Source: a candidate division Kazan bacterium RIFCSPHIGHO2_01_FULL_44_14
GTDB lineage: Bacteria; Patescibacteriota; Kazan-3B-28
NCBI GenBank assembly: GCA_001771185.1
Contig: METB01000001.1
Span: forward strand, 567,200-631,199
DNA length: 64,000 nt
Direction of reading: 5' to 3'
Both the position numbers and the translations under genes were made by a program. Positions 36,876 through 47,921 of the stretch are shown here, one piece after another; position 1 is the stretch's first letter, and the number at the start of each line of letters is the position of its first letter. The notes below the pieces were generated by a model. That model was not told where the DNA came from and did not search any database. It saw nothing but the letters and a program-made list of their open reading frames with translations.

Positions 36876-37318
36876 TTTGTTTTTATGTTTCTACTGGGGT
36901 TATATTTACCAGCTTTTCATTCTATTGTAGCACAAAAATCAGATTATGTCAACCCCGTTAGAAATCCAACGCCACTGACCATATGAACGGATAATAATGG
37001 TCCAGCGAACGGTGCTATCGCTTGGTTTGGTCAATAAATATCACATTGGTTGGGCAATTTCTAACGGGGTCAACCCCCATCCTTTCTGTCACCCTGAGCG
37101 GAGTAGCAGTCGAGTCGAAGGATCTAGATTCCTCGATTTCGCTATGCTCCACTCGGAATGACAGGAAAAAAATAATGCTCCACTCGGAATGACAAAAAGA
37201 CATTATTCGGAGTGATAGTTTTTTGTTTCTGTCTAGATTCCGGCTCGGTGGCCGGAATGACAGAGGGAGAGGGGCTTACTATTTGATTTTCTCGCTCTAC
37301 TAGGGCATAATTCATACT

Positions 37319-38401
37319 ATGTTATACGCTGTTATCGTGGCCGGGGGGCAGGGGACCCGGCTCTGGCCGGTGAGCCGGCGAGACAATCCAAAGCAGATTA
37401 GACCGTTCATAGGCGGACGGACGATGTTGCAAAAGACCTATAATCGGGTGGGCAAAATTGTGCCAGTCGAAAATATTTGGGTGGCAACCAATGTGGCCTA
37501 TCGAGAAGAGTTTTGTCAGCAATTGCCTGGATTGTCTAGCGACAGGATGATTCTGGAACCGATAAAACGGAATACGGCGGCGGCAGTTGGGCTGGCGGCG
37601 GTAGTTTTGGCGAAGCATGACTTGGAGGCCACGATGATTAATGTCTGGTCGGATCATTTTATTCGTCACGAAGATGTCTATAAAGAAAAGATTTTGCAGG
37701 CGGAAAAGATTTTAGAGCAACATCCAGAGTGCTTGATAGATATAGTAGCGCGTCCGGAATACCCGGCGACTGGATTTGGTTATTTGGAAGCGGGCGAAGA
37801 ATTGGCACGAATAGATGATGTAGTTGCTTACAAAGCCAAACGATTTGTGGAGAAACCGGATTTGAATACTGCTCAAGAATATTTGTCAGCCGGTAATTTT
37901 TATTGGAACACAGCAATTTTTGTTTGGAAAGTGAGGACATTGCTAGCGATGTACGAAAAGTACTTGCCAGAAATGTATACGGGGTTGATGCAAATTCAAT
38001 CAGCGTGGGGGACTGACGACCAAGAACGAGTAATGAATGAGATTTTTCCAACCCTGGAGAGTGTAGCGATTGATTATGCCATTTTTGAGAAGACCCCAAA
38101 CATTGCGTTGATTCCAGCCGAACTGGGTTGGCGAGATGTTGGGAGCTGGCAAGCCATTTACGATATCTTAACCGAGACCAAAAATGGGGTGGTGCAAAAG
38201 GGGAAAGTGATGGCAGTCGATACCCAGGACACCTTGATTTTTAACGAAAACGAGGGTAAGTTGGTGGCTGTGGTCGGAATTAAGGATTTGGTGATTGTCG
38301 ATACTAAAGATTCTTTGCTTATCATGCACAAAAGCCAAGATCAGGATATTAAAAAAATTATTACGCAACTAGAAGAAACGGGAGAGGTGGAGCAGTTGTA
38401 G
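37319..38401 (+). CDS. manC: mannose-1-phosphate guanylyltransferase
   Basis: Nucleotidyltransferase N-terminus MLYAVIVAGGQGTRLWPVSRRDNPKQ; length and C-terminal left-handed beta-helix region typical of GDP-mannose pyrophosphorylase. Confidence 0.75.
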   Translation: MLYAVIVAGGQGTRLWPVSRRDNPKQIRPFIGGRTMLQKTYNRVGKIVPVENIWVATNVAYREEFCQQLPGLSSDRMILEPIKRNTAAAVGLAAVVLAKHDLEATMINVWSDHFIRHEDVYKEKILQAEKILEQHPECLIDIVARPEYPATGFGYLEAGEELARIDDVVAYKAKRFVEKPDLNTAQEYLSAGNFYWNTAIFVWKVRTLLAMYEKYLPEMYTGLMQIQSAWGTDDQERVMNEIFPTLESVAIDYAIFEKTPNIALIPAELGWRDVGSWQAIYDILTETKNGVVQKGKVMAVDTQDTLIFNENEGKLVAVVGIKDLVIVDTKDSLLIMHKSQDQDIKKIITQLEETGEVEQL

Positions 38402-38607
38402 AAGATAATCTAACCAATTTATCCAATCTGACCAATCTGACTAATTAAATCGCGGAGATGGGAGAGAGGAGAATGATAAGTGAAAAGTTAAGGTATCCCC
38501 TCGGTAAACTCGGGACATCGCCCCTCGGTTCCTCGGGGTAACAGATATTATTATGGTAGCTCTTCGGCTTCTCCTTGACTACGATCGAAGTCGCTTAGGA
38601 AATAAAT

Positions 38608-39951
38608 ATGAATAAGAGGATTTGGTTAATTAGTTTCATTGTCATCGTACTGCTTGGTGCGATTATCGTTGATGTACCGCCAGTAGCGAAATTTTTAGGA
38701 ATTACATCCAAGTTCACCGTTCATCAGGGTTTGGATTTGCAGGGTGGAACTCATTTGGTGTATCAGACAGACCTGTCCAAAGTTAGCGCTGATGGAGTAG
38801 CCGATGCGGCAACTGGAGTGGTGGAAGTAATTCGGCGCCGGATTGACGCACTAGGTGTAACTGAACCAACTATCCAAAAGACCCGCGATAACTCGCGGGT
38901 GATTGTGGAACTGCCTGGAGTTCAAGATGTGAATGAGGCGATTAAGTTAATTGGTGAAACGGCTCAATTAGAATTCAAGGAAGCGATTGATGGAAAGAGT
39001 TGGGTGGATAGCAGTATTAAATCGTATGAATATGCGGATTGGAAGGATACTGGTTTGACTGGAGCCAATTTCCAAAAGGCCGAAGTCCAATTTGATAATA
39101 GTGGGACAACGCTGGTATCGAAACCACAGATTGGAATTACTTTCAATGAAGAAGGTCGGAAATTATTTGCTGATGTGACTGGGCGCAACATCGAGAAACC
39201 GTTGGCGATTTTCTTGGATAAGAATTTGCTGTCGGCGCCAACCGTGCAGGGGAAAATCGATAGCGATTCAGCCGTAATTACTGGTAACTTTAATGTGCAA
39301 GAAGCCAAGCAGTTGGCGATTCAGCTGAATGCCGGGGCTCTGCCGGTGCCAATTGAATTGGTATCGCAAAGCAATATTGGAGCCACGCTAGGAACTGAAT
39401 CGGTGCAGAAAAGTGTGGTGGCAGGTCTGATTGGATTGTTACTGGTGATTTTGTTTATGTTGTTTTACTATCGATTGCCAGGGTTGATTGCTTCAGTGGC
39501 GCTGATTATTTATGCACTGATTACTTTGGCGGTATTTATTACCGTACCGGTGACATTAACCTTGGCTGGGATTGCTGGTTTTATTTTATCGATTGGGATG
39601 GCGATTGATGCCAATATTCTGATTTTTGAACGGATGAAAGAAGAATTGCGGGGAGGTAATGCTTTGGTGGCCGCAATCGATACTGGTTTCAAACGGGCCT
39701 GGACTTCAATTCGGGACTCTAATATGTCGTCACTAATTACTGCGGTTATTTTGTATTATTTTGGATCGAGTTTAATCCGGGGATTTGCAGTGACACTGGG
39801 AATTGGTATTTTAGTGAGTTTGTTTACTGCTTTAACGATTACGCATACAATTTTGCAAATGGTAGCGCGGACTGGGCTGAAAAAGAAATTGAATTGGTGG
39901 ACAGGGGGACAATCTAACCAATTTCGCCAATCTAATCAATCTAACCAATGA
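38608..39951 (+). CDS. secD: protein translocase subunit SecD
   Basis: 447 aa; LDLQGGTHLVYQ motif; periplasmic domain followed by 6 C-terminal TM helices. Confidence 0.85.
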   Translation: MNKRIWLISFIVIVLLGAIIVDVPPVAKFLGITSKFTVHQGLDLQGGTHLVYQTDLSKVSADGVADAATGVVEVIRRRIDALGVTEPTIQKTRDNSRVIVELPGVQDVNEAIKLIGETAQLEFKEAIDGKSWVDSSIKSYEYADWKDTGLTGANFQKAEVQFDNSGTTLVSKPQIGITFNEEGRKLFADVTGRNIEKPLAIFLDKNLLSAPTVQGKIDSDSAVITGNFNVQEAKQLAIQLNAGALPVPIELVSQSNIGATLGTESVQKSVVAGLIGLLLVILFMLFYYRLPGLIASVALIIYALITLAVFITVPVTLTLAGIAGFILSIGMAIDANILIFERMKEELRGGNALVAAIDTGFKRAWTSIRDSNMSSLITAVILYYFGSSLIRGFAVTLGIGILVSLFTALTITHTILQMVARTGLKKKLNWWTGGQSNQFRQSNQSNQ

Positions 39952-40865
39952 ATATACTTGGAGCCAGAAAAATTTGGTTAACCATCTCTGCCGTATTGGT
40001 GGCAGTTAGTATTGCGGCAATGGCTGTGTACGGTTTTAGACCGGGAATTGATTTTGCGGGTGGAACATTGTTGGAGGTAAGAATCGATAATGTTGACCAA
40101 AGTAAATTGCCGGCCGGAACCAGTATTGAAAGTTATCTAACTGAAACTTACAAGAGTAGTACTGGTCAGGAAATGGTGGCGCAGAAAGAAGGCGAGAACC
40201 AGTTCTTGCTTCGAAGCAAATCAGTTACTAACGAACAGAAAAACGCTTGGATTGAAAGTATCAAGACGGTACTGCCTCAAGTAACCGAATTACGATTTGA
40301 ATCGGTTAGCCCAACTCTGGGTGGAGAAGTGGTGCGGAAAGCCGTCTTGGCGGTAATCGTGGCAATGTTGGCAATCCTGCTGTATCTGGCCTATGCCTTC
40401 AGACGGGTACCCAAACCAACTAGTTCGTGGCAGTTTGGAGCGGCAGCAGTAATTGCCTTGCTAGCTCATGATGTAATTATTTTGCTGGGAGTGTATTCGG
40501 TGATGGGACATTTCTGGGGCGCGGAAGCGGACAGCATGTTTATTACGGCATTGCTTACTCTGCTGGGATTTTCGGTGCATGACACAATTGTTACTTTTGA
40601 TCGGTTGAGAGAAAATCTGTTGAAGCGGGGTCCGTCTGATTTTGAGAAGAAGATGAATGACAGTATTGTGGAGACCGTAACTCGGTCAATTAATACTTCG
40701 TTTACAGTGGCATTAGTTCTTGGTGCTATGGTATTAATGGGTGGTTCAACCATTTTCTTTTTCACTTTGTCGCTGTTAATCGGGATTATTCTAGGAACTT
40801 ACTCGTCAATTTTTGTGGCCAGTCCACTACTTTTGATGTGGTATAGGATGTCGGAGAAAAAGTAG
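39948..40865 (+). CDS. secF: protein translocase subunit SecF
   Basis: 305 aa; overlaps secD by 4 nt; motif GIDFAGGTLLEV and a 6-TM topology. Confidence 0.85.
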   Translation: MNILGARKIWLTISAVLVAVSIAAMAVYGFRPGIDFAGGTLLEVRIDNVDQSKLPAGTSIESYLTETYKSSTGQEMVAQKEGENQFLLRSKSVTNEQKNAWIESIKTVLPQVTELRFESVSPTLGGEVVRKAVLAVIVAMLAILLYLAYAFRRVPKPTSSWQFGAAAVIALLAHDVIILLGVYSVMGHFWGAEADSMFITALLTLLGFSVHDTIVTFDRLRENLLKRGPSDFEKKMNDSIVETVTRSINTSFTVALVLGAMVLMGGSTIFFFTLSLLIGIILGTYSSIFVASPLLLMWYRMSEKK

Positions 40866-41335
40866 TTTTTGTAGTATTATTTTTTTGTTTTCTTTTTCGA
40901 GCGCATAACGGCGCTCGACCCGTTCCCGCTTTGTCTTGGCAAAGCGGGGTAAACCGTCTCCGCAGTCGCCCTCTTTATTCATCTAATAAAATCCCCTTAC
41001 TGCTTTCGCCAAACTCGTCGCTTCGCTCCTCAAACAGTTGGCTTCGCACCAGGGATTTTATTGATTCAGAACACTCGGGCTCCAATGCTTGGCCAAGAAG
41101 GAATTATCCGATTCATGATTCGTGATTCATGATTCTGGCTTGGTTCGATGGGTCTCACTAGGGCACTAAATCACTTATTTGCTCACCTTTCACTTTTAAC
41201 TATTCACTATCCCTTGAATGACTGAATGTTTCAAAATTAAGACATTAGGTTATTCACTCAAAATTCAAAATTCATCATTCAAAATTCGAGCTCGCTAGAC
41301 GGTCCGAAGAGAGGGGAAATGGTAGTATAGGGTAT

Positions 41336-43021
41336 ATGGCTATGAGGACTAACATTAAGACCGACACGCGGTGGGTAGTGTCGGATATTCAGCCAGTGCC
41401 AGAGGAATTGGCTGGTTTTGATTTTGTAACTGCGCAGTTGTTGTTACAAAGGCAGATTAATACCAAGGTTGGGGCCGAAGAGTTTTTGCGACCGGACTTG
41501 GCTAATTTGGGCGACTTGCATCAGTTGGCCGATTTAGATAGAGCCGTGGAGCGGATTAAACAAGCAATTACTCAAAAACAAGTAATTGTAGTGTATGGCG
41601 ATTATGATGTGGACGGAGTAACCTCGGCAACTTTATTGTCGAATGTTTTGAAAGAACTTGGGGCAACGGTATCGGTTTATTTACCGGAACGGCTGACAGA
41701 GGGATATGGCTTAAATTCAGAAGCTATTCGTCAGTTGAAAACTGACGGTACGGATTTGATTATTACCGTCGATAATGGAACGACTAATGTGACAGAAATT
41801 GCTTTGGCTAATAGTTTGGGGTTAGAAGTAATTGTGGTGGACCATCACCAAGTGCCAGCCGAACTTCCGCCCGCATATGCTTTGATTAATCCGAAACGAG
41901 CAGATGATAAATATCCATTCAAGGACGCGGCGGCGGTGGGAGTAACTTATTATTTAGCCAAAGCATTAATTGGGGATGGGGCCAACAAATATTTGGACTT
42001 AGTGGCGCTGGGGACAGTTGCCGATGTGGTGCCATTAGTGGGAGATAACCGGGCGATGGTGGTGGCAGGTCTAAGACAGATGAATGAAAAGACCCGTCCG
42101 GGGATAGCGGTGTTGAAGGAAGTGGCGGGATTGAAAGACCAAGCGTTAGATGTTTATCATATTGGGTTTCAGTTGGGGCCTCGGTTGAATGCGGCTGGTC
42201 GAATTGATCATGCGCGAATTGCCTTTGATTTATTGAATGCTGAAAGCGAAGAAATTGCCAGACCGCTGGCCCAAGAATTAGATGCACTAAATACTAGACG
42301 GCAGGAAATGACTGACCGGATTTTGGAGGAGACAAAAACTCAAGCGACCGAAAGCCAAGATAAAATTATTATTGTAGGAGGCCCGGATTGGTCGATTGGA
42401 GTGGTAGGAATTGTGGCGGGACGATTGGTGGAAGAATTCTTTAAACCGGCATTGGTATTCGAATACCAAGATGAGATGTACAAGGGCTCTGGCCGAAGTG
42501 TGGAAGGAGTCCATTTAGTTGATTTGCTAGGCAAGGTCGGTCATCTGATTGATCATTTTGGCGGACATGCTAAAGCGGCGGGTTTAAGCGTAACAAAAGA
42601 TAATTTTGAAAAATTCCGAACCGAATTAATTAAAATTGCCAATACCGAAATTGATAGTGCGCTATTAACTGCTAGTTTGCGAGTGGATGTTTTATTACAA
42701 ATAAATCATGTAACGCCAAAGTTAATGGCGACGATTGAAGCGTTTGCACCGTTCGGATTTGGGAATGTTACGCCGGTATTTGGAGTAATGGATGCCGAAC
42801 TGACTGGTGAAATGCCGGGGATGAACGGAGTGTTCTTGGATTTGTTTTTCAAAGATGAGAGTGGCAGGTCTCTAGTGGTAAAAGTGTTTGGCGATTGGAC
42901 GGCTCTAAGTTTGCGACTGACTCAAGGGGCACATTATGACATCGCTTTTACGATGGCGACTCGGGAGTGGAATGGAAGGAAGTTTATGCAACAAAAGTTA
43001 GTTGGGATTCGCTCCGCGTAG
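41336..43021 (+). CDS. recJ: single-stranded-DNA-specific exonuclease RecJ
   Basis: DHH motifs VVYGDYDVDGVTSATLL, IITVDNG, VVDHHQ; DHHA1 region GGHAKAAG. Confidence 0.85.
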   Translation: MAMRTNIKTDTRWVVSDIQPVPEELAGFDFVTAQLLLQRQINTKVGAEEFLRPDLANLGDLHQLADLDRAVERIKQAITQKQVIVVYGDYDVDGVTSATLLSNVLKELGATVSVYLPERLTEGYGLNSEAIRQLKTDGTDLIITVDNGTTNVTEIALANSLGLEVIVVDHHQVPAELPPAYALINPKRADDKYPFKDAAAVGVTYYLAKALIGDGANKYLDLVALGTVADVVPLVGDNRAMVVAGLRQMNEKTRPGIAVLKEVAGLKDQALDVYHIGFQLGPRLNAAGRIDHARIAFDLLNAESEEIARPLAQELDALNTRRQEMTDRILEETKTQATESQDKIIIVGGPDWSIGVVGIVAGRLVEEFFKPALVFEYQDEMYKGSGRSVEGVHLVDLLGKVGHLIDHFGGHAKAAGLSVTKDNFEKFRTELIKIANTEIDSALLTASLRVDVLLQINHVTPKLMATIEAFAPFGFGNVTPVFGVMDAELTGEMPGMNGVFLDLFFKDESGRSLVVKVFGDWTALSLRLTQGAHYDIAFTMATREWNGRKFMQQKLVGIRSA

Positions 43022-43311
43022 GTTTTTCAAGCGCAAGCTGGCGCTTGACCCAGCGTTACTTTCCTCTTGGGGAAAGTAACCAAAACCGTGGCCCTGGTTC
43101 ACTCGGTCTATTCATTGGCTAAATCCCTGGGCGCTCTCGGCGGTATAACCGCCTCCGCCCACTAGGGATTTAGCTCAATTCAGAACGACCTCGTTCCAAA
43201 GGGCCAGTAAAGAGAAGGGATTGTCTGCTCCATGATTCATGATTCATGGTTCTGGCTCGGGGGGTCGGGACTACAGTTAAAAGGTATTTTGGTTATAATG
43301 GACATACGGAT

Positions 43312-44586
43312 ATGGCGAGAAACATTCAAAAACCCCGGGGGACCCAAGACATTCTGCCGATTGAGCAGAGATATTGGTTTTGGATAGAAGATAATTGGCG
43401 GAAGATGATGCTCTCGGCTGGATTTGGTCGGATTACGACGCCGACTTTTGAAGACACGAATTTGTTCACTCGGGGAGTGGGTGAGACCACCGATATCGTG
43501 AGTAAAGAAATGTATTCGTTTAAGGATCGGAGTGATAATCCATTGACCTTACGGCCAGAGGGAACGGCTGGAGTGGTGAGGGCCTACATTGAAAATGGGA
43601 TGCATAAAGATCCGCAACCGGTAAAGTTGTATTATTTTGGTCCGATGTTCAGATATGATCGGCCACAATCCGGGCGCTATCGGGAATTTTACCAAGCCGG
43701 AGTGGAACTGTTGGGCGAATTGGATCCAATTGTCGATGCGCAGATTATTGCAATTGTGATGAAGTATTATACCAAGTTGGGCTTGAAAGATATTGTGGTG
43801 CGGATTAATAGCGTTGGGGACGCTAAGTCGCGTCCAAAGATCCAGCGGGCGCTGATCGATTTCCTGTCAGCTCATCGGCGGAATTTGTGTAAAGATTGCA
43901 AACGACGAATGACAAAAAACCCCCTGCGGGTTTTAGATTGCAAAGAAAAGTCCTGCCAAGCAGTAGCCGAAGAAGCCGGTGGGGTGGTACTGGATAATTT
44001 GAATAACGATTCGCGCAATTATTTCACCAAAGTGCTGGAATATTTGGATGATATGCGGGTGGAGTATGAGTTGGATCCGAGATTGGTTAGGGGATTGGAT
44101 TATTACACTCATACAGTGTTTGAGGTGACGACTAAAACGGGAGGCCTGTCCTTGGGTGCGGGTGGTCGATACGATGGGCTGGTCGAACTTTTAGGTGGTC
44201 CAGACACACCGGCGGTCGGTTTTGCGGTGGGGGTGGAGCGGACAATCGATACTTTGAAACAACAGCAGGCAAATGTGCCAGAGCCAATGAAGCCAAATGT
44301 GTTTGTGGTTCAACTGGGAGATGATGCTAAAAAGAAAGCGATTCAAGTAATCGATCGGTTGGATAATGCGGGTTACCAAGTGGCTCATGCATTGGGTCGA
44401 GGCAGTATTAAATCGCAACTGCGAGTGGCTGATCGGCTAGGGACTAGTTTGGCGGTAATTATCGGTAGCCAAGAAGTCCATGATAAATCGGTAATTATTC
44501 GCGATCTCAACGACCGAACTCAAGAATCGGTATTGGATCGGGATATGATTAAGGCCGTTCAGAGGAAATTGAAAGAGAAAAAGTAG
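43312..44586 (+). CDS. hisS: histidine--tRNA ligase
   Basis: Class II aaRS motifs LRPEGTAGVVRAY, FRYDRPQSGRYREFYQ, GGRYDGL; start taken at MARNIQKPRGTQDILP (the ORF track starts 66 nt upstream). Confidence 0.85.
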   Translation: MARNIQKPRGTQDILPIEQRYWFWIEDNWRKMMLSAGFGRITTPTFEDTNLFTRGVGETTDIVSKEMYSFKDRSDNPLTLRPEGTAGVVRAYIENGMHKDPQPVKLYYFGPMFRYDRPQSGRYREFYQAGVELLGELDPIVDAQIIAIVMKYYTKLGLKDIVVRINSVGDAKSRPKIQRALIDFLSAHRRNLCKDCKRRMTKNPLRVLDCKEKSCQAVAEEAGGVVLDNLNNDSRNYFTKVLEYLDDMRVEYELDPRLVRGLDYYTHTVFEVTTKTGGLSLGAGGRYDGLVELLGGPDTPAVGFAVGVERTIDTLKQQQANVPEPMKPNVFVVQLGDDAKKKAIQVIDRLDNAGYQVAHALGRGSIKSQLRVADRLGTSLAVIIGSQEVHDKSVIIRDLNDRTQESVLDRDMIKAVQRKLKEKK

Positions 44587-44698
44587 CGAGTAGCGAGTAG
44601 CGAGTAATGAGTAGTGGGTTGCGGGAAACGGGACGATCATAAAATAAAAAGACCACCATCACTCGTAACTCTATACTCATAACTCACAACTCAAATCT

Positions 44699-45022
44699 AT
44701 GAATGATGAAAAATGGGGAACGATTTTGGACCGGATTCAAAGTCAATTTCAAGTTATTGATCAGGGCGAAGAAACCATCGCTGACATTCCCAATGGCAAA
44801 TTAGAGTTTATTGTTTTTGATAGTCCAATGGGGAGATTGAAACTGGAGCGGGTGACCAAGCCAAAAGTGTTAGATCGAAAAAGTTTTGGGGGTTCAAAAT
44901 ATGGAGCGGCGAGTGGAGTAGAATATATTTATTCCGATTCCGAAATGACCCATATGTTTTCAGCATTTAAAGATGCGGATGGAGAATGGGAGTCATTTAA
45001 TGCCGAAGGATTGACCAATTAA
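44699..45022 (+). CDS. hypothetical protein
   Basis: 107-aa ORF with no recognisable motif. Confidence 0.4.
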   Translation: MNDEKWGTILDRIQSQFQVIDQGEETIADIPNGKLEFIVFDSPMGRLKLERVTKPKVLDRKSFGGSKYGAASGVEYIYSDSEMTHMFSAFKDADGEWESFNAEGLTN

Positions 45023-45034
45023 GTCACAACTCGT

Positions 45035-45430
45035 ATGGAACTAACTATTCATACGCAAGGCCAATTTGATTTTGTTGATATCACGACGGAAATTAATGGC
45101 GCGTTAAAAGAAACGAATATTCAAAATGGAGCGGTGTTAATTTGTTCTCGGCATACCACGGCATCAATAGTGGTAAACGAGAGTGAACAAGGGATTAAAG
45201 AAGACACGATTAATTTCTGGAGCCGGTTGATTCCGCCCAAAGGGGATTACCAACACAATCAAATTCGGCAAGATGACAACGCTCACGCTCATATGTTGGC
45301 GATGTTTTTGGGACCATCGGTTACTTTACCAATAAAGCGGGGTGTGTTAGATTTGGGCGTCTGGCAGAGAGTTTTTCTGGTGGAACTAGATAAATCCAGG
45401 GAGCGCCAGGTATTAGTTCAAGTTCTTTGA
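45035..45430 (+). CDS. YjbQ/UPF0047-family protein (secondary thiamine-phosphate synthase-like)
   Basis: 131 aa; family-typical segments ICSRHTTASIVVNESE and DDNAHAHMLAMFLGPS. Confidence 0.65.
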   Translation: MELTIHTQGQFDFVDITTEINGALKETNIQNGAVLICSRHTTASIVVNESEQGIKEDTINFWSRLIPPKGDYQHNQIRQDDNAHAHMLAMFLGPSVTLPIKRGVLDLGVWQRVFLVELDKSRERQVLVQVL

Positions 45431-45595
45431 CAATTAAGTTTTCGGGAGGTGTGTTGTGGATGACAAGAGAGCAATAAGTGGCAAGATTGCAATTCTATCT
45501 TTTCTGGCCTGTGGGGCGATTATTGTAATCGTCATGCTTCTGCAGGAAGTAATGAGGCAATGACAATATAAGAAATACAAGAACTGTTAGCTGAA

Positions 45596-45895
45596 GTGCA
45601 TAAGCAATTTAGCCGACTCAAGGATTTTTCTGAAATGTGGGTGTTGGGAGAGGAAGCTGAAGCAATTGTGTTCGTGTCTTCTGATGAACAGTATAACGAT
45701 GACCATTTCAACAATTACTGTGACACGACACTTAACTTAGAAAGGCAACTCAGAAAAGATGGGTGGGCGGGTGTCAAAGAGCATGACGACCTAGAAACGG
45801 TTGGATTTATTTTTCTTTCAGTCGGTCATGACCCGCGTAAAGTTATTCATAAGGACTTTGTACTTTATGTGCCCAGACAAGATGACGGGGCGTAG
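45596..45895 (+). CDS. hypothetical protein
   Basis: 99-aa ORF followed by a terminator (ggggcgtagttttacgcccc + T-run at ~45887-45914). Confidence 0.4.
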   Translation: MHKQFSRLKDFSEMWVLGEEAEAIVFVSSDEQYNDDHFNNYCDTTLNLERQLRKDGWAGVKEHDDLETVGFIFLSVGHDPRKVIHKDFVLYVPRQDDGA

Positions 45896-45960
45896 TTTTA
45901 CGCCCCGTTTTTTATATGAAAAATCGGCCCCGAAGGGCCGATTTAAATTTAAGTTAAAGA

Positions 45961-46296
45961 TCAAACAGCAACACAAATTGCTACTGGTTTTGGTGCATCA
46001 TCGCGAATGCCGTTGCAGTTGTAAGCATGTGCTCCGCAAGCGGAGCAGATATACCAACCGCACTTGGCACACCGTACTTGTGTGTCCGAATCAATCGGAC
46101 CAGAGCATTTGCGACAGATATGCTGGTAGCGTTGGATAGACAGTTGTAAGGTATATGTCCGAAAACATCTCGAACAAATATAAATAACATCGATTGACTC
46201 CAACCGATTTTTCCATGGCACAGTGATTGGCCGAGAAAGTCGAATTGGGGTTAAAATATGTCCGCAACAGCGGATACGGGTGATTTGTGAGCCCAA
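45961..46296 (-). CDS. Cys-rich hypothetical protein (possible zinc-ribbon)
   Basis: 111 aa with 13 Cys including CAKCGWYICSACG; an alternative overlapping minus-strand ORF exists. Confidence 0.3.
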   Translation of the reverse strand: MGSQITRIRCCGHILTPIRLSRPITVPWKNRLESIDVIYICSRCFRTYTLQLSIQRYQHICRKCSGPIDSDTQVRCAKCGWYICSACGAHAYNCNGIRDDAPKPVAICVAV

Positions 46297-46425
46297 TTGC
46301 GCTCACCTCCTGCAAAAAGATAGTGTAAGTCGCACTGTCGACTAAGTTGGCAGACCTCCTGGTGACCGCCTGTCTACAAATTGTTAAAGAACAAATGCGC
46401 TTCAGGCGCATACTAACCCATTTGA

Positions 46426-47145
46426 ATGACGCTGTCTAGGCCGATATTGGCTTCGTCTATTCTCTGTTATGATGAGCTTATTATGGCAGAAGAAAAGGCC
46501 TTAAAACTGTCTCCGAATAGTTTGAATCTTTATCGCGAATGTCCGCGGTGTTTTTGGTTGCAATTCAATAAAGGGATCCATCGACCAAGAGGAATTTTCC
46601 CGTCACTTCCAGGCGGGATGGATGGAATTTTGAAGACCTATTTTGATGAATATCGGGGAACAGGTCACCTGCCACCAATTGTAGAAGGCAAATTAGAAGG
46701 ACAGTTGATGAATCCGTTGGCTAAGTCATTGATGTATAAAGATACTGATTTGCAAGTGATTTTGTTTGGGAAGTTAGACGAAGCCTTGGATTTTGGGGAC
46801 GGAACTTATGCGGTGGTGGATCATAAGACCCGCGGATATGCGCCAAAAGAAGAAATAATCGAGGCCTATCAATTGCAAATGGATGTCTATGATTTTTTGA
46901 TGAGGCAAAATAATTTGATGACGAAAAATGTTGCGTATTTGATTTATTACTATCCAACTACTGGTCAGTTGCACGAGAATTTTCCGTTTGAAGTAGTGGT
47001 AAAGTCAATCACGACCAATCCAGAACGGGCTAGGCAAGTATTTGAAGACGCAGTGAATTTGTTGCGGAGTGATGAAATACCACATGCTAGTAAAACCTGT
47101 GAGTATTGTGGGTGGGCGAAGGCGATGAATAATTTAGGCGATTAA
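46426..47145 (+). CDS. PD-(D/E)XK nuclease-family protein, Cas4/RecB-like with Fe-S Cys ligands
   Basis: N-terminal YRECPRCFWL, central VVDHKTRGY...YQLQMDVY (D/E...K), C-terminal CEYCGW; start may be at the MAEEK Met (46483). Confidence 0.55.
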   Translation: MTLSRPILASSILCYDELIMAEEKALKLSPNSLNLYRECPRCFWLQFNKGIHRPRGIFPSLPGGMDGILKTYFDEYRGTGHLPPIVEGKLEGQLMNPLAKSLMYKDTDLQVILFGKLDEALDFGDGTYAVVDHKTRGYAPKEEIIEAYQLQMDVYDFLMRQNNLMTKNVAYLIYYYPTTGQLHENFPFEVVVKSITTNPERARQVFEDAVNLLRSDEIPHASKTCEYCGWAKAMNNLGD

Positions 47146-47546
47146 AATCGCAGGCAACCAAACGCAAGCTGGCGTTTGATCCAGCGGTACCCATTCGACC
47201 ATGCTCAGGGCAGGCCTTTTTGCTTGTCCAATATGCTTTTGCAACGCCTGTGTCGCGTTGCATCGACAGCCACTTTGTCTTGGCAAAGTGGCTCAAACCG
47301 CTGGCCAACGTCCTTGGACTTATTCACTGACTAAATCTCTGGGTGTTCCCGCCGAACTCGCTTCGCTCAAACATGCGGCTTCACTCACTGAGATTTAGTT
47401 CAGTTCAGAACAGTCCTCGTCCTAGGGCCAATAAAGAAGAAAACAGATGACGCGATTGGTTCAATGGGGTATTTTAAGGATATGGAAGATTCGATTTATC
47501 GGAAAATTTATAAAATGGATCCCCGCCTACGCGGGGACGCTTAAAG

Positions 47547-47921
47547 ATGAACAGTATAGAGGAATCTATTTTTTCGCGATTTGCGAGCGGGGAAATTCGG
47601 CCTGACAAGATTCGATATGAAGATGATGACATGTTGGCGTTTGATGATATTAGTCCAAAAGCCCCAACTCATATTTTGATACTGCCGAAAAAACCAATTC
47701 AGAGTATTGCCCAGATGGAGGCGGGGGATACGGAACTTATCGGGAAAATGATTTATCGGGCGAAAGTGTTGGCTGAAGAAATGGGGATTGCGGAGAGTGG
47801 TTATCGGTTGACGATTAATGTGGGGAAGTGGGGTGGACAGGCGGTGCCGTATCTGCATATCCATTTGCTGGGTGGGCAACCTTTGAACGAAGATATTGAA
47901 CATTTCAGTCATGGGGAGTAG
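47547..47921 (+). CDS. HIT-family (histidine triad) hydrolase
   Basis: 124 aa; LAFDDISPKAPTHILILPKK and triad PYLHIHLLGG. Confidence 0.8.
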   Translation: MNSIEESIFSRFASGEIRPDKIRYEDDDMLAFDDISPKAPTHILILPKKPIQSIAQMEAGDTELIGKMIYRAKVLAEEMGIAESGYRLTINVGKWGGQAVPYLHIHLLGGQPLNEDIEHFSHGE

